NCBI RefSeq assembly: GCF_009914755.1
Contig: NC_060933.1
Length of the DNA: 64,000 nt
From: the human T2T-CHM13v2.0 reference genome, Homo sapiens
Strand: one strand, 5' to 3'
The notes under the pieces are model-generated. The model ran no database searches, was not told the origin of the DNA, and saw nothing but the letters and a program-made list of their open reading frames with translations. Shown here in pieces: positions 24,701-38,200 of this stretch (positions are counted from its first letter, which is position 1; each line of letters starts with the position of its first letter). A program made the position numbers and the translations under genes.

Positions 24701-27700
24701 CACATAGATGTTTCTCAGTTTTCTTCTGTCTAGTTTTTATGTGAATGTATTTCATTTTCCACAGTAGGCCTCAAGGGGCTTGAAATGTCCACTTGCAGAT
24801 TCCACAAAAAGAGTAATAAATAACTGGACCATCAAAAGAAAGATTCAAATCTGGGAGATGAACGCACATATCACAAAGTAGTTTCTCATATTGATTCTAT
24901 CTAGTTTTTATGTGAATATATTTCCTTTTCCACCGTAGGTCTCAAACCGCTCCAAACGTTCACTTGCAGAATCTACAAAAAGAGAGTTTCAAAACTGCTC
25001 AATCAAAAGAAAGGTTTAACTTTGTGAGATGAGCGCGCACATCACAAAGAAGTTTCCCAGATTGCTTCTGTGTAGATTTTGCGTCAAGATATTTCCTTTT
25101 CTACCATTGGCTCCAAAGTGCTACAAATGTCCACTTGCAGATTCTACAAAAACAGTGTTTTCAAACGGCTCAATAAAAAGAAAAGTTCAACTCTGTGAGA
25201 TGAACGCACACATCACAAAGAAGTTTCTCAGAATTCTTCTGTCTAGTTCTTATGTGAAGATATTTCCTTTTCCACCATTGAACTCAAAGCACTGCAAATG
25301 TCCACTTGCAGATCCTACAAAAAGAGAGTTTCCAAACTGCTCAATCAAAAGAAAATTTTAACTCTGTGAGATGAATGTACACAACACACAGAAGTTTCTG
25401 AGATTGCTTCTGTCTAGATTTTATGTGAAGATATTTCCTGTTCTTCCATAGGCCACAAAGCCCTCCAAATGTCCACTTGCAGATTCGACAAAAAGAGTGG
25501 TTGCAAACTGCTTAATCAAAAGAAAGGTTCAAATCTGTGAGATTAATGCACGCATCACAAAGAAGTTTCTCAGAATTCTTCTGTCTGGTTTTTATGGGAA
25601 GATATTTCCTTTTCCACCATTGGACTCAAAGGGCTCCAAAAGTCCACTTGCAGATTTTACAAAAACAGAGTTTCAATACTCCTCAATCAAAAGAAAGTTT
25701 TAACTCTCTGGGATGAATGCACATATCACAAAGATGCTTCTCAGATTGCTTCTGTCAAGATTTTATATGAAGATATTTCCTTTTCTACCATAGGGCACAA
25801 AGCACTCCAAATGTCCAGTTGCAGATTCTACAAAAAGAGAGTTTCAAAACTGCTAAATCAAAAGAAACTTTTAATTCTGTGGGATGAATGCACACATCAC
25901 AAAGAAGTTTCTCAGATTGCTTCTGTCTAGACTTTATGTGAAGATATTTCCTTTTCTACCATTGGCCGCAAAGCTCTCCAAATGTCCACTTGCAGATTCT
26001 ACAAAAAGAGTGTTTCCAAACTGCTCAATCTAAGGAAAGTTTCAACTCTGTGAGATGAACGCAGACATCTCAAAGAAGTTTCTCAGAATTCTTCTGTCTA
26101 GTTTTTATATGAAGATATTAACTTTTCCACCACATGCATCAAATCGCTCCAAATGTCCACTTGCAGATTCTACAAAAAGAGAGTTTCAAATCTGCTCTAT
26201 CAAAAGAAAGCTTTACCTCTTTGAGATGAATGCACACATCACAAAGAAGTTTCACAGATTGCTTCTGTCTACAATTTATGTGAAGATATTTCCTGTTGTA
26301 ACATAGGCCTCAGAGCGCTCCAAATGTCCACTTGCAGATTCTACCAAAAGAGTGTTTCCAAACTGCTCATTCAAAGAAATGTTCAACTTTCTAGATGAAT
26401 GCGCACATCATAAAGAACTTTCTCAGAATTCTTCTTTCTAGTTTTTATGTGAAGATATTTCCTTTCGTACCGTAGACCCGAAGGCACTCAAAATGTCCAC
26501 TTGCAGATTCTACAAAAAGAGTATTTCAAAACTGGTCCCTCAAAGGAATGTTCAAATCTGGGGGTTGAATGCACACATCACAAAGTAGTTTCTCAGAATG
26601 CTTCTATGTACTTTTTATGTGAAGATATTTCATTTTTCACCATAGGCCTGAACGCCCTTCAAATGTCCATTTAGAGATTATACAAAAAGGGAGTTTTAAA
26701 ACTGCTCTATCAAAAGAAAGGTTTCAATCCGTTAGATGAATGCACACATCACAAAGATGTTTCTAAAAATGCTTCTATTTATTTTTTATGTGAAGATATT
26801 TCCTTTTCCACCGTAGGCCTCAAAGCGCTCCAAATGTCCACTTGCAGATTCCACAAAAAGAGAGTTTCAAGACTGCTCAATCAAAAGAAACGTTTAACTC
26901 TGTGAGATGAATGCACACATCATAAAGAAGGTTTTCAGATTACTTCTGTCTACATCTTATGTGAAGATATTTCCTTTTCCACCATAGGCTGCAAACAGCT
27001 CCAAAGGTCCACTTGCAGATTCTTCAAAAAGAGTGTTTCCAAACTGCTCCATCAAAAGAAATGTTCAACTTCGTGAGCTGAATGCACACATCCAAAGAAG
27101 TTTGTCATAATTCTTCTGTCTAGTTTGTATTTGAAGATAATTCCTTTTCCACCATAGGCCTCAAAGCCTTCAAAATGTCCACTTGCAGATTCTACAAAAA
27201 GAGAGTTTCCAAAGTGCTCAGTCAAAAGAAAGGTTTACTTTGTGAGATGAATGCACACACCACAAAGAAGTTTTTCAGATTGCTTTTATCTAGATTTTAT
27301 GTGAAGATATTTTCTTTTCTACCATAGGCCACAAAGCGCTCCAAATGTCCAGTTGCAAATTCTACAAAAAGAGTCTTTCCAAACTGCTCAATCAAAAGTA
27401 AAGTTCAACCCTGTCATATGAACACACACATCACAAAGTAGTTTCTCAGAATTCTGCTGTCTAGTTTTTATGTGAAGATATTTCCTTTTCCATCATAGGC
27501 CTCATGGCGCTCCAAATGTCCACTTGCAGATTTTACAAAAAGGGAGTTTCAAGACAGCTCCATCAAAAGAAAGTTTTAACTCTGTGAGATGCATGCACAC
27601 ATCACAAAGAAGTTTTTCAGATTGCTTCTGTCTAGATTTTATTTTAATATATATCCTTTTCTAACGTAGGCGACAAAGTGCTCCAAATGTCCACTTGCAG

Positions 27701-29959
27701 ATTCTACAAAAAGAGTGATTCCAAACTGCTTAATCAAAAGAAAGGTTCAACTCTGTGAGATGAATGCACACATCACAAAGAAGTTTCTCAGAATTATTCT
27801 GTCTAGTTTTTATCTGAAGATGTTTCCTTTTACACCATAGGCCTCAAAGCGCTCCAAATGTACACTGGCAGATTCTACAAAAAGAGAGTTTCAAAACTGC
27901 TTAATCAAAATAAATGTTTAACTCTGTGAGATGAATGCACACATCATAAAGAAGTTTGTCAGACTGCTTTTATCTAGATTTTCTGTGAAGATATTTCCTT
28001 TTCTACCAGAGGTCGCAAAGCGCTCCAAATGACCGCTTGCAGATTCTACAAAAAGAGTGCTTCCAAACTGCTCAATCTAAAGAAAGGTTCAACTCTGTGA
28101 GATGTAAGCACACATCACAAAGAAGTTTCTCAGAATTTTTCTGTCTAGTTTCTATGTGAAAATATTTACTTTTCCACCATAGGCCTCAAAGCGCTCCAAA
28201 TGTCCACTTGCAGATTTTACAATAAGAGAGTTTCAAGACAGCTCAATCAAAAGAAAGTTTTAACTCTGTGAGATGAATGCACACATCACAAAGAAGTTTC
28301 TCAGATTCATATTATCTAGATTTTATGGTAATATATTTCCTTTTCTAACATAGGCTGCAAAGCGCTCCAAATGTCCACTTGCAGATTCCACAAAAAGAGT
28401 GTTTCCAAACTGCTCAATCAAAAGAAAGGTTCAACTCTGTGAGATAAACGCATGCATCACAAAGAAGCTTCTCCGAATTCTTCTGTGTAGTTTTGATGTC
28501 AAAATATTTCCTTTTCCTCCACAGGCCTCAAAGCGCTCCAAATGTTAACTTGCGGATTCTACAAAAAGATTCAAAACTGCTCAATCAAAACAAAGGCTTA
28601 ACTCTGTGAGATCAGTGCACACATCACAAAGAAGTTTCTAAGAGTGCTTCTGTCTAGTTTCTATGTGAAGATATTTCCTTTTCCACCATAAGCCTCAAAG
28701 CGCTCCAAATGTCCACTTCCACATTCAACAAAAAGAGAGTTTCAAAACTGCTCAATCAAAAGTAAGAGTTAACCCTGTGAGATGAATGCACACATCCCAA
28801 GGAAGTTTCTCACATTGCTTCTGTCTAGATTTTATGTGAGGATATTTCCTTTTCTAACTTAGGCTGCAAAGCGCTTCAAATGCCCACTTACAGAATCTAC
28901 AAAAAGAGTGCTTCCATAATTCTCAATCAAAAGAAAGGTTCAACTCTGTGAGATGAACGCACACATCACAAAGAAGTTTCTCAGAATTCTTGTCTCTAGT
29001 TTTTATGTGAAGATATTTCCTTTTCCACCATAGGCCTAAAAGCACTCCAAATGTTCACTTGCAGATTCTACAAAAAAAAGAGTTTCAAAACTGCTCAATC
29101 AAAAGAATGCTTTAACTCTGTGAGATGAATGCACACATCACAAAGAGGTTTCTCACATTGGTTCTGTCTAGATTTTATGTGAAGATATTTCCTTTTATAA
29201 CAGAGGCAACAAAGCACTCCAATAGTCCACTTGCAGATTCTACAAAAAGAGTGTCTGCAAACTGCTCAATCAAAAGGAAGTTTTAACTCTGTGAGAAGAA
29301 CGTGCACATCACAAAGAAGTTTCTCAAAATTCTTCTGTCTAGTTTTTATGTGAAGATATTTCCTTTCCCACTGTAGGCCTCAAAGCACTCAAAATGTCCA
29401 CTTGCAGATTCTACAAAAAGAGAGCTTCAAAACTACTCAACCAAAAGAAAGGTTTAACTCTCTGAGATGAATGCACACATCACAAAGAAGTTTCTGAGAT
29501 TGCTTCTGTCTAGATTTTATGTGAAGATATTTCCTTTTCTACCATAGGCAACAAAGCACTCCAATAGTCCACTTGCAGATTCTACAAAAAGAATGTTTCT
29601 AAACTGCTCAATCAAAAGGAAGGTTCAACTTTGTGAGATAAACGCATACATCACAAAGGAGATTCTCAGAATTCTTCTGTCAAGTTTTTATGTGAAGATA
29701 TTTCCTTTTCCACCATAGGCCTCAAAATGATCCAAATGTCCACTTGCAAATTCTACAAAAACAGAGTTTCAAAACTGCTCAGTCAAAAGAAAGTTTGAAC
29801 TCTGTGAGATGAATGCACACATGCCAAAGAAGTTTCTCAGATTCCTTCTGTCTAGATTTTTTTGAAGATATTACCTTTTCTACCATAGTCCTCATAGCGC
29901 TGCAAATGTCCACTTGCAGAATCTCCAAAAAGAGTGTTTCCAAACTGCTGAATCAAAAT

Positions 29960-31400
29960 AAACTTTCAACTATTTGAGTTGAAGGCACACATCACAAAGA
30001 AGATTCTGAGAATACTTCTGTCTAGTTTTTATGTGAAGATATTTCCTTTTCCACTATATGCCCAAAAGCGCTCCAAATGTCCACTTGCAGATTCTACAAA
30101 AAGAGTGTTTCAAACCTGCTCTATCAAAAGAAAGGTTCAACTCAGTGAGTTGAATGCAAACATCACAAAGAAGTTTCTGAAAATGGTTCTGTCTAGTTCT
30201 TATGTGAAGATACTTCCTTTTCCAACATAGGTCTCAAAGGGATCCGAATGTCCAATGCAGATTCTGCAAAAACAGTGTTTCAAACCTGCTCTATCAAAAG
30301 AAAGGTTCAACTCTGTGAGTTGGATGCATACATCACCATCACAAAGAAGTTTCTGAGAATGCTTCTGTCTAGTTTTTATGTGAAGATATTTCCTTTTCCA
30401 CCATAGGCCTCAAAGCGCTCAGAATGTTCACTTGCAGATACTACAAAAAGAGTGTTTGAAACCTGTTCTATCAAAAGAAAGGTTCAACTCTGTGAGTTGA
30501 ATGTACATAGACAAAGAAGTTTCGGAGAAAACTTCTGTCTAATGTTTATGTGAAGATATTCCCGTTTCCAACGAATGCCTCAACGCATTCCAAATATCCA
30601 CTTACGGATTCTACAAAAAGAGTGTTTCAAAACTGTTCCATAAAAAGAAAGTTTCAACTCTATGAGTTGAATGTACACATCACAAGAAGTTTCTGAGGAT
30701 GCTGCTGTCAGTTTTTATGTGAAGATATTCCCATTTCCAACGAAGGCTTCAAAGCGATCCAAATATCCACTTGCAGATCCTACTAAAAGAGTGTTTCAAA
30801 ACTACTCTATCATAAGGTATGTTCAACTCCATGAGTTGAAGGCAAACATCACAAAGAAGTTTCTGAGAATGCTTCTCTCTAGTTTTTGTGGGAAGATATT
30901 TGTTTTTCCACCATAGGCCTCAAAGCGCTCCAAATGTCCACTTGCAGATTCTACAAAAAAAGTGTTTCAAATCTGCCCTGTCAAAAGAAAGGATCAACTC
31001 TGTGAGTTGAATGCGCACAGAAAAAAGAAGTTTCAGAGAAACTTCTATCTAGTGATTATGTGAAGATATTCCCATTTCCAACGAAGGCCTCAAAGCGGTC
31101 CAAATATCCACTTGCAGATTCTACTAAAAGAGTGTTTCAAAACTGCTCTATTATAAAGTATGTTCAAGTCTCTGAGTTGAATGCAAACAGCACACAGAAG
31201 TTTCTGAGAATGCTTCTGTCTAGTTTTTATGGGAAGATATTTGTTTTTCCACCATAGCCTTCAAATCTCTCCAAATGTCCACTTGCAGATTCTGCAAAAA
31301 GAGTGTTTCAAACATGCTCTATCAAAAGAAAAGTTTAACTCTGTGAGTTGAATGCACACATCACAAAGATGTTTCTAAGAATGCTTCTGTCTAATTTTTA
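29960..31400 (-). repeat. Island of A/B-type (layer-1b-like) alphoid monomers
   Basis: Return of gagttgaa, ctctat, tttctgag, aaagcggtcc, ctagtgattatg and ataa(a/g)gtatgttc. B-boxes at ~30560, ~30729 and ~31070. Confidence 0.85.
30560..30576 (-). promoter_or_regulatory. Isolated core-intact CENP-B box
   Basis: tcccgtttccaacgaat is the reverse complement of ATTCGTTGGAAACGGGA and matches the 9-base core. Confidence 0.85.
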
Positions 31401-33987
31401 TGTGAAGATATTTCCTTTTCCACCACAGGCCCAAAAGTCCTCCAAATGTCCACTTGCAGATTCCACAAAAAGAGAGTTTCTAAACTGCTCTATCAAAAGA
31501 AACGTTTAACTCTGTGAGATGAATGCACACATCACAAAGAAGTATCTCAGACTGCTTCTGTCTAGATATTATGTAAAGATGTTTCCTTTTCTACCATAGG
31601 ACACAAAGCACTCCAAATGTCCCCTTGCAGATTCTGGAAAAAGAGTGTTTCCTAACTGCTCAATCAAAAGAAAGTTTCAACTCTGTGAGATGAATGCACA
31701 CATCACCAAGAAGTTTCTCGGAATTCTTCTGTCTAGTTTTTATGTGAAGATATTTCCTTTTCCACTATAGGCCTCAAAGCACTTCAAATATCCACTTGCA
31801 GTTTCTACAAAAAGAGAGTTTCAAAACTGCTCATTCAAAAGAAAGGTTTAACTCTCTGAGATGAATGCAGACATAACAAAGATGTTTCTCAGACTGATTC
31901 TGCCTAGATTTTATGTGAAGGTATTTCCTTTTCTACCATAGGCCGCAAAGCTCTTCAAATGTCCAATTGCAGCTTCTAAAAAAAGGGTGTTTCCAAACTG
32001 CTCAGTCAAAAGAAATGTTCAATTCTGTGAAATGAATGCAGGCATCACAAAGAAGTTTCTCAGATAGCTGCTGTCTAGATTTTATGTGAAGAAACTTCCT
32101 TTTCTACCACAGGCAGTGAAGCCCTCCAAATGTCCACTTGAAGATTCTTCAAAAAGAGAGTTTCAAAACTGCTCAATCAAAAGAAATGTTTAACTCTGAG
32201 AGATGAACACACACATCACAAAGAAGTTTCTCAGAATGCTTTTGTCCAGTTATTATATAAAGATATTTCGTTAACCACCATATGCCTCAAAACACTTCAA
32301 ATGTCCACTTGCAGATTTTACAAAAGAGAGTTTCAAAACTGCTCTATGAAAAGAAAGATTCAACTCTGTGAGATGAATGCACACATCACAAAGAAGTTTG
32401 TCAGGTTTCTTCTGTCTAGATTTTATGTGAAGATATTTCCTTGTCTACCATAGCTCACAAAGCGTTCCAAATGTCCACTTGCAGATTCTACAAAAAGAGT
32501 GTTCCCAAACCGCTCAATCAAAAGTAAGGTTCAATTCTGTGAGATGAACGCACACATCACAAAGGAGTTTCTCAGAATTCTTCCGTCTAGTTTTTATGTG
32601 AAGATATTTCCTTTTCCACCACAGGCCTCAAAGCGCTCCAAATGTCCACTTGCAGTTTGTACAAAAAGGGAGACTCAAAATTGCTCCATTAAAAGGAATG
32701 TTTTACTCTGTGAGATGAATGCACACATCACAAAGATGTTTCTCAGATTGCTTCTGTCTAGATATTATGTAAAGATATTTCCTTTTCTACCATAGGCTGC
32801 AAAGCACTCCAAATGTCCACTTGAAGATTCTACAAAAAGAGTGTTTCCAAACTGCTCAATTAGAAGAAAGGTTCAACTCTGTGAGATGAACACACACATC
32901 ACAAAGAAGTTTCTCAGAATTCTTCTGTCTGGTTTTTATGTGAAGATATTTCATTTTCCACCATAAGCCTCAAGGCACTCGAAATGTCCACTTGCAGATT
33001 CTACAAAAAGAGTATTTCAAAACTTGTCCACCAAAGAAAGTTTCAACTCTGGGACATGAATGCAAGCATCACAAAGAAGTTTCTGAGAATGCTTCTATCT
33101 CGTTTTTTTTTTGTGAAGATATTTCCTTTTCCAACATAGGCGTCAAATTCCTCCAAATGTCCACTTGCAGATTCTACAAGAAGAGAGTTTCAAAATTCCT
33201 CAATCAGTAGAAAGGTTTAACTCTGTGAGATGAATGTACACATCACAAAGAAGTTTCTCAGATTTCTTCTGTCTAGATTTTATGTGAAGTTATTTCCTTT
33301 TCTACCATAGGCCACGAAGCGCTCCATATGTCCACTTGCAGATTGTACAAAAAGCTTGTTTTGCAAACTGCTCAATCAAAAGAAAGGTTCAACTCTGTGA
33401 GATGAAAGCACGCATCACAAGGAGTTTCTCAGAAATCTTCTGTCTAGTTTTTATGTGAAGATATTTCATTTTCCACCATAGGCCTCAAAGCGCTGCAAAT
33501 GTCCACTTACAGATTCTACAAAAAGAGAGTTTCAAAACTGCTCAATCAAAAGAAAGGGTTAAACATGTGAGATGAACGCAAACATCAGAAAGAAGTTTCT
33601 CAGATTGCTTCTGTCTAGATTTTATGTGAAGATATTTCCTTTTCCACCATAGGCCTCAAAGCGCACCAATGTCCACTTGCAGATTCTCCAAAAAGAGTGT
33701 TTCTAAACTGCTCAATCAAAAGAAAGGTTCAACCCTGTGAAATAAATGGACACATCACAAAGAAGTTTCTCAGAATTCTTCTGTCTGGTTTTTATGTGAA
33801 GATATTTACTTTTCCACCATAGGCTGTAAATCGCTCCAAATATCCACTTGCAGACACTACAAAAAGAGTATTTCAAAAGTGCTAAATCAAAAGAAAAGTT
33901 CAACTCTGTGAGGTGAATGCACACATCACAAAGAAGTTTCTCAGAATGCTTCTTTCTTGTCTTTATGTGAAGATATTTCCTTTTCCA

Positions 33988-34094
33988 TTCAGAAACTCGT
34001 AGCAGTGTTCTGTAATCCTGTGTGAGGGACAAACACTCAGAATCCAGCCACTGTGTACTGGAGTCCTATCTGAGGGCACACATTTAAAATCCAG
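33988..34094. repeat. CER (48-bp centromeric repeat) remnant, ~2.2 units
   Basis: 'gcagtgttctgtaatcctgtgtgagggacaaacactcagaatccagc' matches the recalled CER unit (GAATCCTATGTGAGGGACAAACACTCAGAACCCAGCAGCAGTGTTCTG). Unit starts at 34013 and 34061 are 48 bp apart. Confidence 0.85.
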
Positions 34095-35631
34095 ATGTAG
34101 TCTCCTTGCTTTAGTGAATACACTTATCTCCTTTTCCTGCTATACATTTAGGCAAATTATTTTTCTGTATCTTAAATAAATGGTAAATACCTGAAATTTC
34201 TTACTTTTTCCAGGCAGAGTGTCTTCACTATTTAGCTGTAGAAGTATAACTATTTTTGTCTGTGTCACAATTTTGTACTCAGGAACCCTGGCCATGTCAC
34301 TAGCCAAACGGACATAACTTATGGAATACATGGACAGCATCCGGTTGATATGCTCTAGAGAAAAATAGCAGCTACCATAGACTTCAGGAAAGACACATCG
34401 AGCCAATGACAAAAATGTGGGTTTCCTACCTTCAGGGAGTCTAAGAATGCAGTAGAAAGTGATGTGGAGAAAACATCTTTCAAATGGAAGGAAGGGATAG
34501 GGAAAGGAAGACTGTTAGAGGCTCTTTTGAATGTTAGAGGCAACATAAAACATATTTGGATGTGTATTCTAAATAAAATGCAAATGTCAAGAAGGATGTC
34601 AGCTGTGAGTGGGACTCAGAGAAAGAGAAACGTTTTGGACTACAGAGGCCTGCAGTACAAGTGGATCTACAATTTTGTTTAGGGAATCCAATGCCTCAGG
34701 TATCTATGTGAGGCAGAATTTTCCTATGGAGCCAGCGGCAAGGCTCCAGAGGAGAAATACAGTACAAGCCACTTTATTTTGGAGTAAAAGCCTTTTGTAC
34801 AAAAATTACCCGCCCCCTCCTTTTTTGAGAAACAATTTCACATTGGGATACTAATAAGAAGGAATGCTCAGTCATGAATAAGGGTGACCCCGTTGTGATC
34901 TGAGCATTATAGGATCATAGTAACTACAACCAGTCTTCCATCATTCCATGGAAATTGCATGTATGCCACGTTGCCTTCTCAGTTTCCAAGGGACCAATTA
35001 ATGAACAGGCTACTCACATTTTCAACATCCTACTCCTGACACACTCCCACCCTTCTTTCTATTTATCTGTGATTCATAGAGATTTGCCTATGACTGGATT
35101 CCTGAGGAGAAAAAAGTCTGGATTACAGATGGCATTCCTTGTTATGGAAGGCCCTTCCTTCTGAAAGTCTATTTCTATCACGTTCTTTCCCTGTGCTGTC
35201 AAAGGGTCACCCCTTTGTACAAAGGAGAAGAGAAATCCATCAAGTAAATAAAATTTCATTTACCTTTGTAAAAAATATTTCTACCAATTCACATGGAGGA
35301 CCTTATTGTTTGGTCCAATAATCAGAGATTTGAAAGAACCTGATATTGTTGGCCAGCAGATTAGAAAAGAGTTATTAGAGAGAGATGGCTCAAGTGATAA
35401 TAACTGTATGCCTTGTGAATACTCACCTAAACCAAAGATCACTGAAGATAATGTATTTTACCATAATGTTTTAATCTCAGGTAAATGCCAATTAGGAGAC
35501 AAACACTTCTTTATCTCCTGATTGGTATTGATCTGAATTAAGCTGTCTGCCATTTGGAGAAATTTAAATGCTATTTTAAACACACAGTCTTGTTATTTGA
35601 GTTATTTATGATCTTAAGCGGCTCCCCTCCT

Positions 35632-36103
35632 TTTGTGGGTTAGATTGTGTCTTCAAAAAGAAAATATATATATTAGAGTTCTAGCCCCTGATGTCTGTGA
35701 GTATGACTTAATTTGAAATCAAATTATTTGCAGATGCTGTATAATTATGATATGCTAGATGAGCTCATAATGCATTAGAGTAGGCCATAATTCAATATGG
35801 TTGATATCCTCATAAGAAGGGAAGAGGAAACAGAGACGCAGGGAGGAGATGGCCATGTGAGGATGGAGGTAGAGAATAAAGTGAGGTATCCTCCAGCCAA
35901 GCAATGACAATGAAGCTCAGTGATCACCCGGTGCTAGAAGAAGCAAGAAAGGATTTTTTCCCAGGTCCTTCCGAGAAAATTGCAGCACTGCTCACTCCTT
36001 CATTTAAGATTTCTAGCTTCCTGAACCATAAAAGAATAACTTTATCTCATTTTAAGCGACCTAATGTGAACCAGTTTGTCACAGCAGATATAGGAAATTA
36101 CAC
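35632..36103 (+). mobile_element. MaLR solo LTR, MLT1 family (MLT1C-like)
   Basis: Start 'tgtgggttagattgtgtc', internal 'ggccatgtgaggatggaggtagaga', end 'tttgtcacagcagatataggaaattacac'; ~470 bp. Confidence 0.8.
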
Positions 36104-36106
36104 CTC

Positions 36107-36190
36107 CTTAAAGAATGCAGAATCCTGGCCCGTGCTTGCCTCATACCTATTGAATGAGAATCTAAGGGCTCTAGAATCTGCATTTTGAAA
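36107..36190. mobile_element. MER5-like hAT-Charlie DNA transposon fragment
   Basis: 'aatgcagaatcctggccc...acctattgaatgagaatct...agaatctgcatttt' resembles the palindromic MER5 core. Confidence 0.6.
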
Positions 36191-36209
36191 CTAATACATA
36201 ATACGCAAA

Positions 36210-36415
36210 GAGAACTCACTAAGTACTCTACATGCACTTCATCCTCACAAGCCATGAAGTAGTTTACTATTATAATTCTCATTTTACATATGGGAAACTG
36301 GAACATTAAAAGATTAAGTAATTTGCTTACAGTCACTCACATAACCAGAAAGTGGAAGAGCTGGGATTCAATCCTAGTTCCAGACATCCTGATATCCTGG
36401 GTTCAGACACCACAC
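36210..36415 (-). mobile_element. MIR SINE
   Basis: 'ctcattttacatatgggaaactg...gattaagtaatttgc...agtggaagagctgggattcaatcc' is the reverse MIR core. Confidence 0.8.
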
Positions 36416-36556
36416 ACTTAGCAACTATTACACACTTAGCATTATTATTATTATTATTATTTTAATCACCATCTCCACCTTCTTAAGCACTCAAAAGTTG
36501 AAATCCAGTGGTGTGTTGCTGTTTCCATTCATAGCAAGTTATAGCCAAAATCATAA

Positions 36557-36946
<390 letters not shown>

Positions 36947-37389
36947 TAATAACTCCTTGCTGTCTAGTTTTTTCATGTCCACTGTGTAAGTACTAGTCTT
37001 AATGGGTATTTCTTTTCTTACTATTCTGCACCAATGTTTCCCTGATTGACAATAGTTTTCCTGAAATGTATTCTTGGAATGGATTTCTATGATACGCTTA
37101 GAAAATTCTGCATACCTTATACTTCAGAATGTGTATGTAAAAGACTCCAGTAAATGATCCAGGGAAGAAAAATATTTGTGTGTTTTGCGAGTTGTATTCA
37201 TATGTGTATAAAATTCCCACAGCACTTTGGGTAACAATGCTCTGCACACTTTTCCTGTGCTCCTTTTATCCATTCCCACACTTCCAGCATTTCCTTTGAC
37301 GTTTGATTTTCTTTATTTTTTTTTACTCCAATATTTTCCTGTAGGTTTCAAACCTATATTTTAAAATGTCAACTGATTCTCCCCCCCGT

Positions 37390-38200
37390 CTTCACCACCT
37401 GCATCTCAAATTTGACATAGCCATAAACACATTTTATATTTTGGCAAATAAATCTATTTCTTTTAAAGCATTGCCCATCTCAGCTAATGATGATAATATC
37501 AAGCCAGTCGCCAAGAAAATTTAGAGTATATATACCTTGACTCTTCCTTCTAAATGAATTATTAAGTTCAGCTGTTTCTACCTTGAATTACCTTTCTATT
37601 CTGCCATTTCTCTTCTGTGTTGCTGCTGATGTTTTAATGTAGTCATTCATCACATCATGCCTGTACTGCTGGAATAATCTTGACTATTCTTTCTGACTTT
37701 TTCTTCTAACTGCATCTCAAAAATTTCTATCTAGAATGAAAATAAGTATGTATATATACTATATATACATATATACATACACACTATATGTATGTATACA
37801 GTATAAGTATAGACATGCTATATACTATATATATATGCTATATATTTATATACACACACACCCACTATGCTTTCAAAAATTGTTTACTTATGTCCCATCA
37901 TTGAAGGGTAAAATACAAAATCACTGATATTGAGAGACATTCTCCTCAATCATTTAACATTTTCCTTCACAAAACTGTGCTGTAGCCACACCCAGAACAG
38001 GTTATGTTCCTTCAAAGGCACACACACTTTTCTATTACTCTCCTTTTACTCCTTCTATTCCATCTGCTTACACCATTTTTTACTTGTTTTCTGTCTATCT
38101 TCATTCATTTTTCAGGATCCAATTAAAATATTCACACAAAGGCTGAGATCTTTATATCTTCTCTTATTTAAATTCCTGGAGCACCGGATAACTTCCTCTA
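37390..38200 (+). mobile_element. L2 LINE 3' region, highly diverged, interrupted by a TA-rich simple repeat (~37745-37860)
   Basis: 'catctcaaatttgacatagcca', 'cccatctcagctaatg' and 'ccttgactcttccttc' occur in the L2 3' consensus order. Confidence 0.55.

Larger units (their letters stand above)
1..33987 (-). repeat. Alpha-satellite (ALR) array, ~199 diverged ~171-bp monomers in one orientation
   Basis: Recurrent 'catcacaaagaagtttctgagaatgcttctgtctagtttttatgtgaagatatt' at ~171-bp spacing, the reverse complement of the alphoid consensus. A-type monomers carry the pJalpha-like box ttccttttYcaccRtag; B-type monomers carry CENP-B box-like tcccgtttccaacgaa. Confidence 0.99.
21720..33987 (-). repeat. 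Alphoid layer 3: A-type-only monomers with dimeric periodicity (interrupted at ~29,960-31,400)
   Basis: gagatgaa replaces gagttgaa. 'cagattgcttctgtctagatttt...ttttctacc...ggccgcaaag' monomers alternate with 'cagaattcttctgtctagttttt...ttttccacc...ggcctcaaag' monomers. Confidence 0.85.

Noticed and set aside
1-33987. CRISPR-like or prokaryotic repeat-spacer system
   Set aside because: There are no unique spacers and no cas genes; whole units are homologous alphoid monomers in primate DNA.
107-34032. Dozens of ORFs up to 237 aa with repeating 'KKFLRMLLSSFYVKIFPFP' peptides, suggesting a repeat-protein family
   Set aside because: 171 bp is divisible by 3 and B-type monomers lack the TAG found in the A-box, so open frames arise passively. 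There is no promoter, splice or codon evidence.
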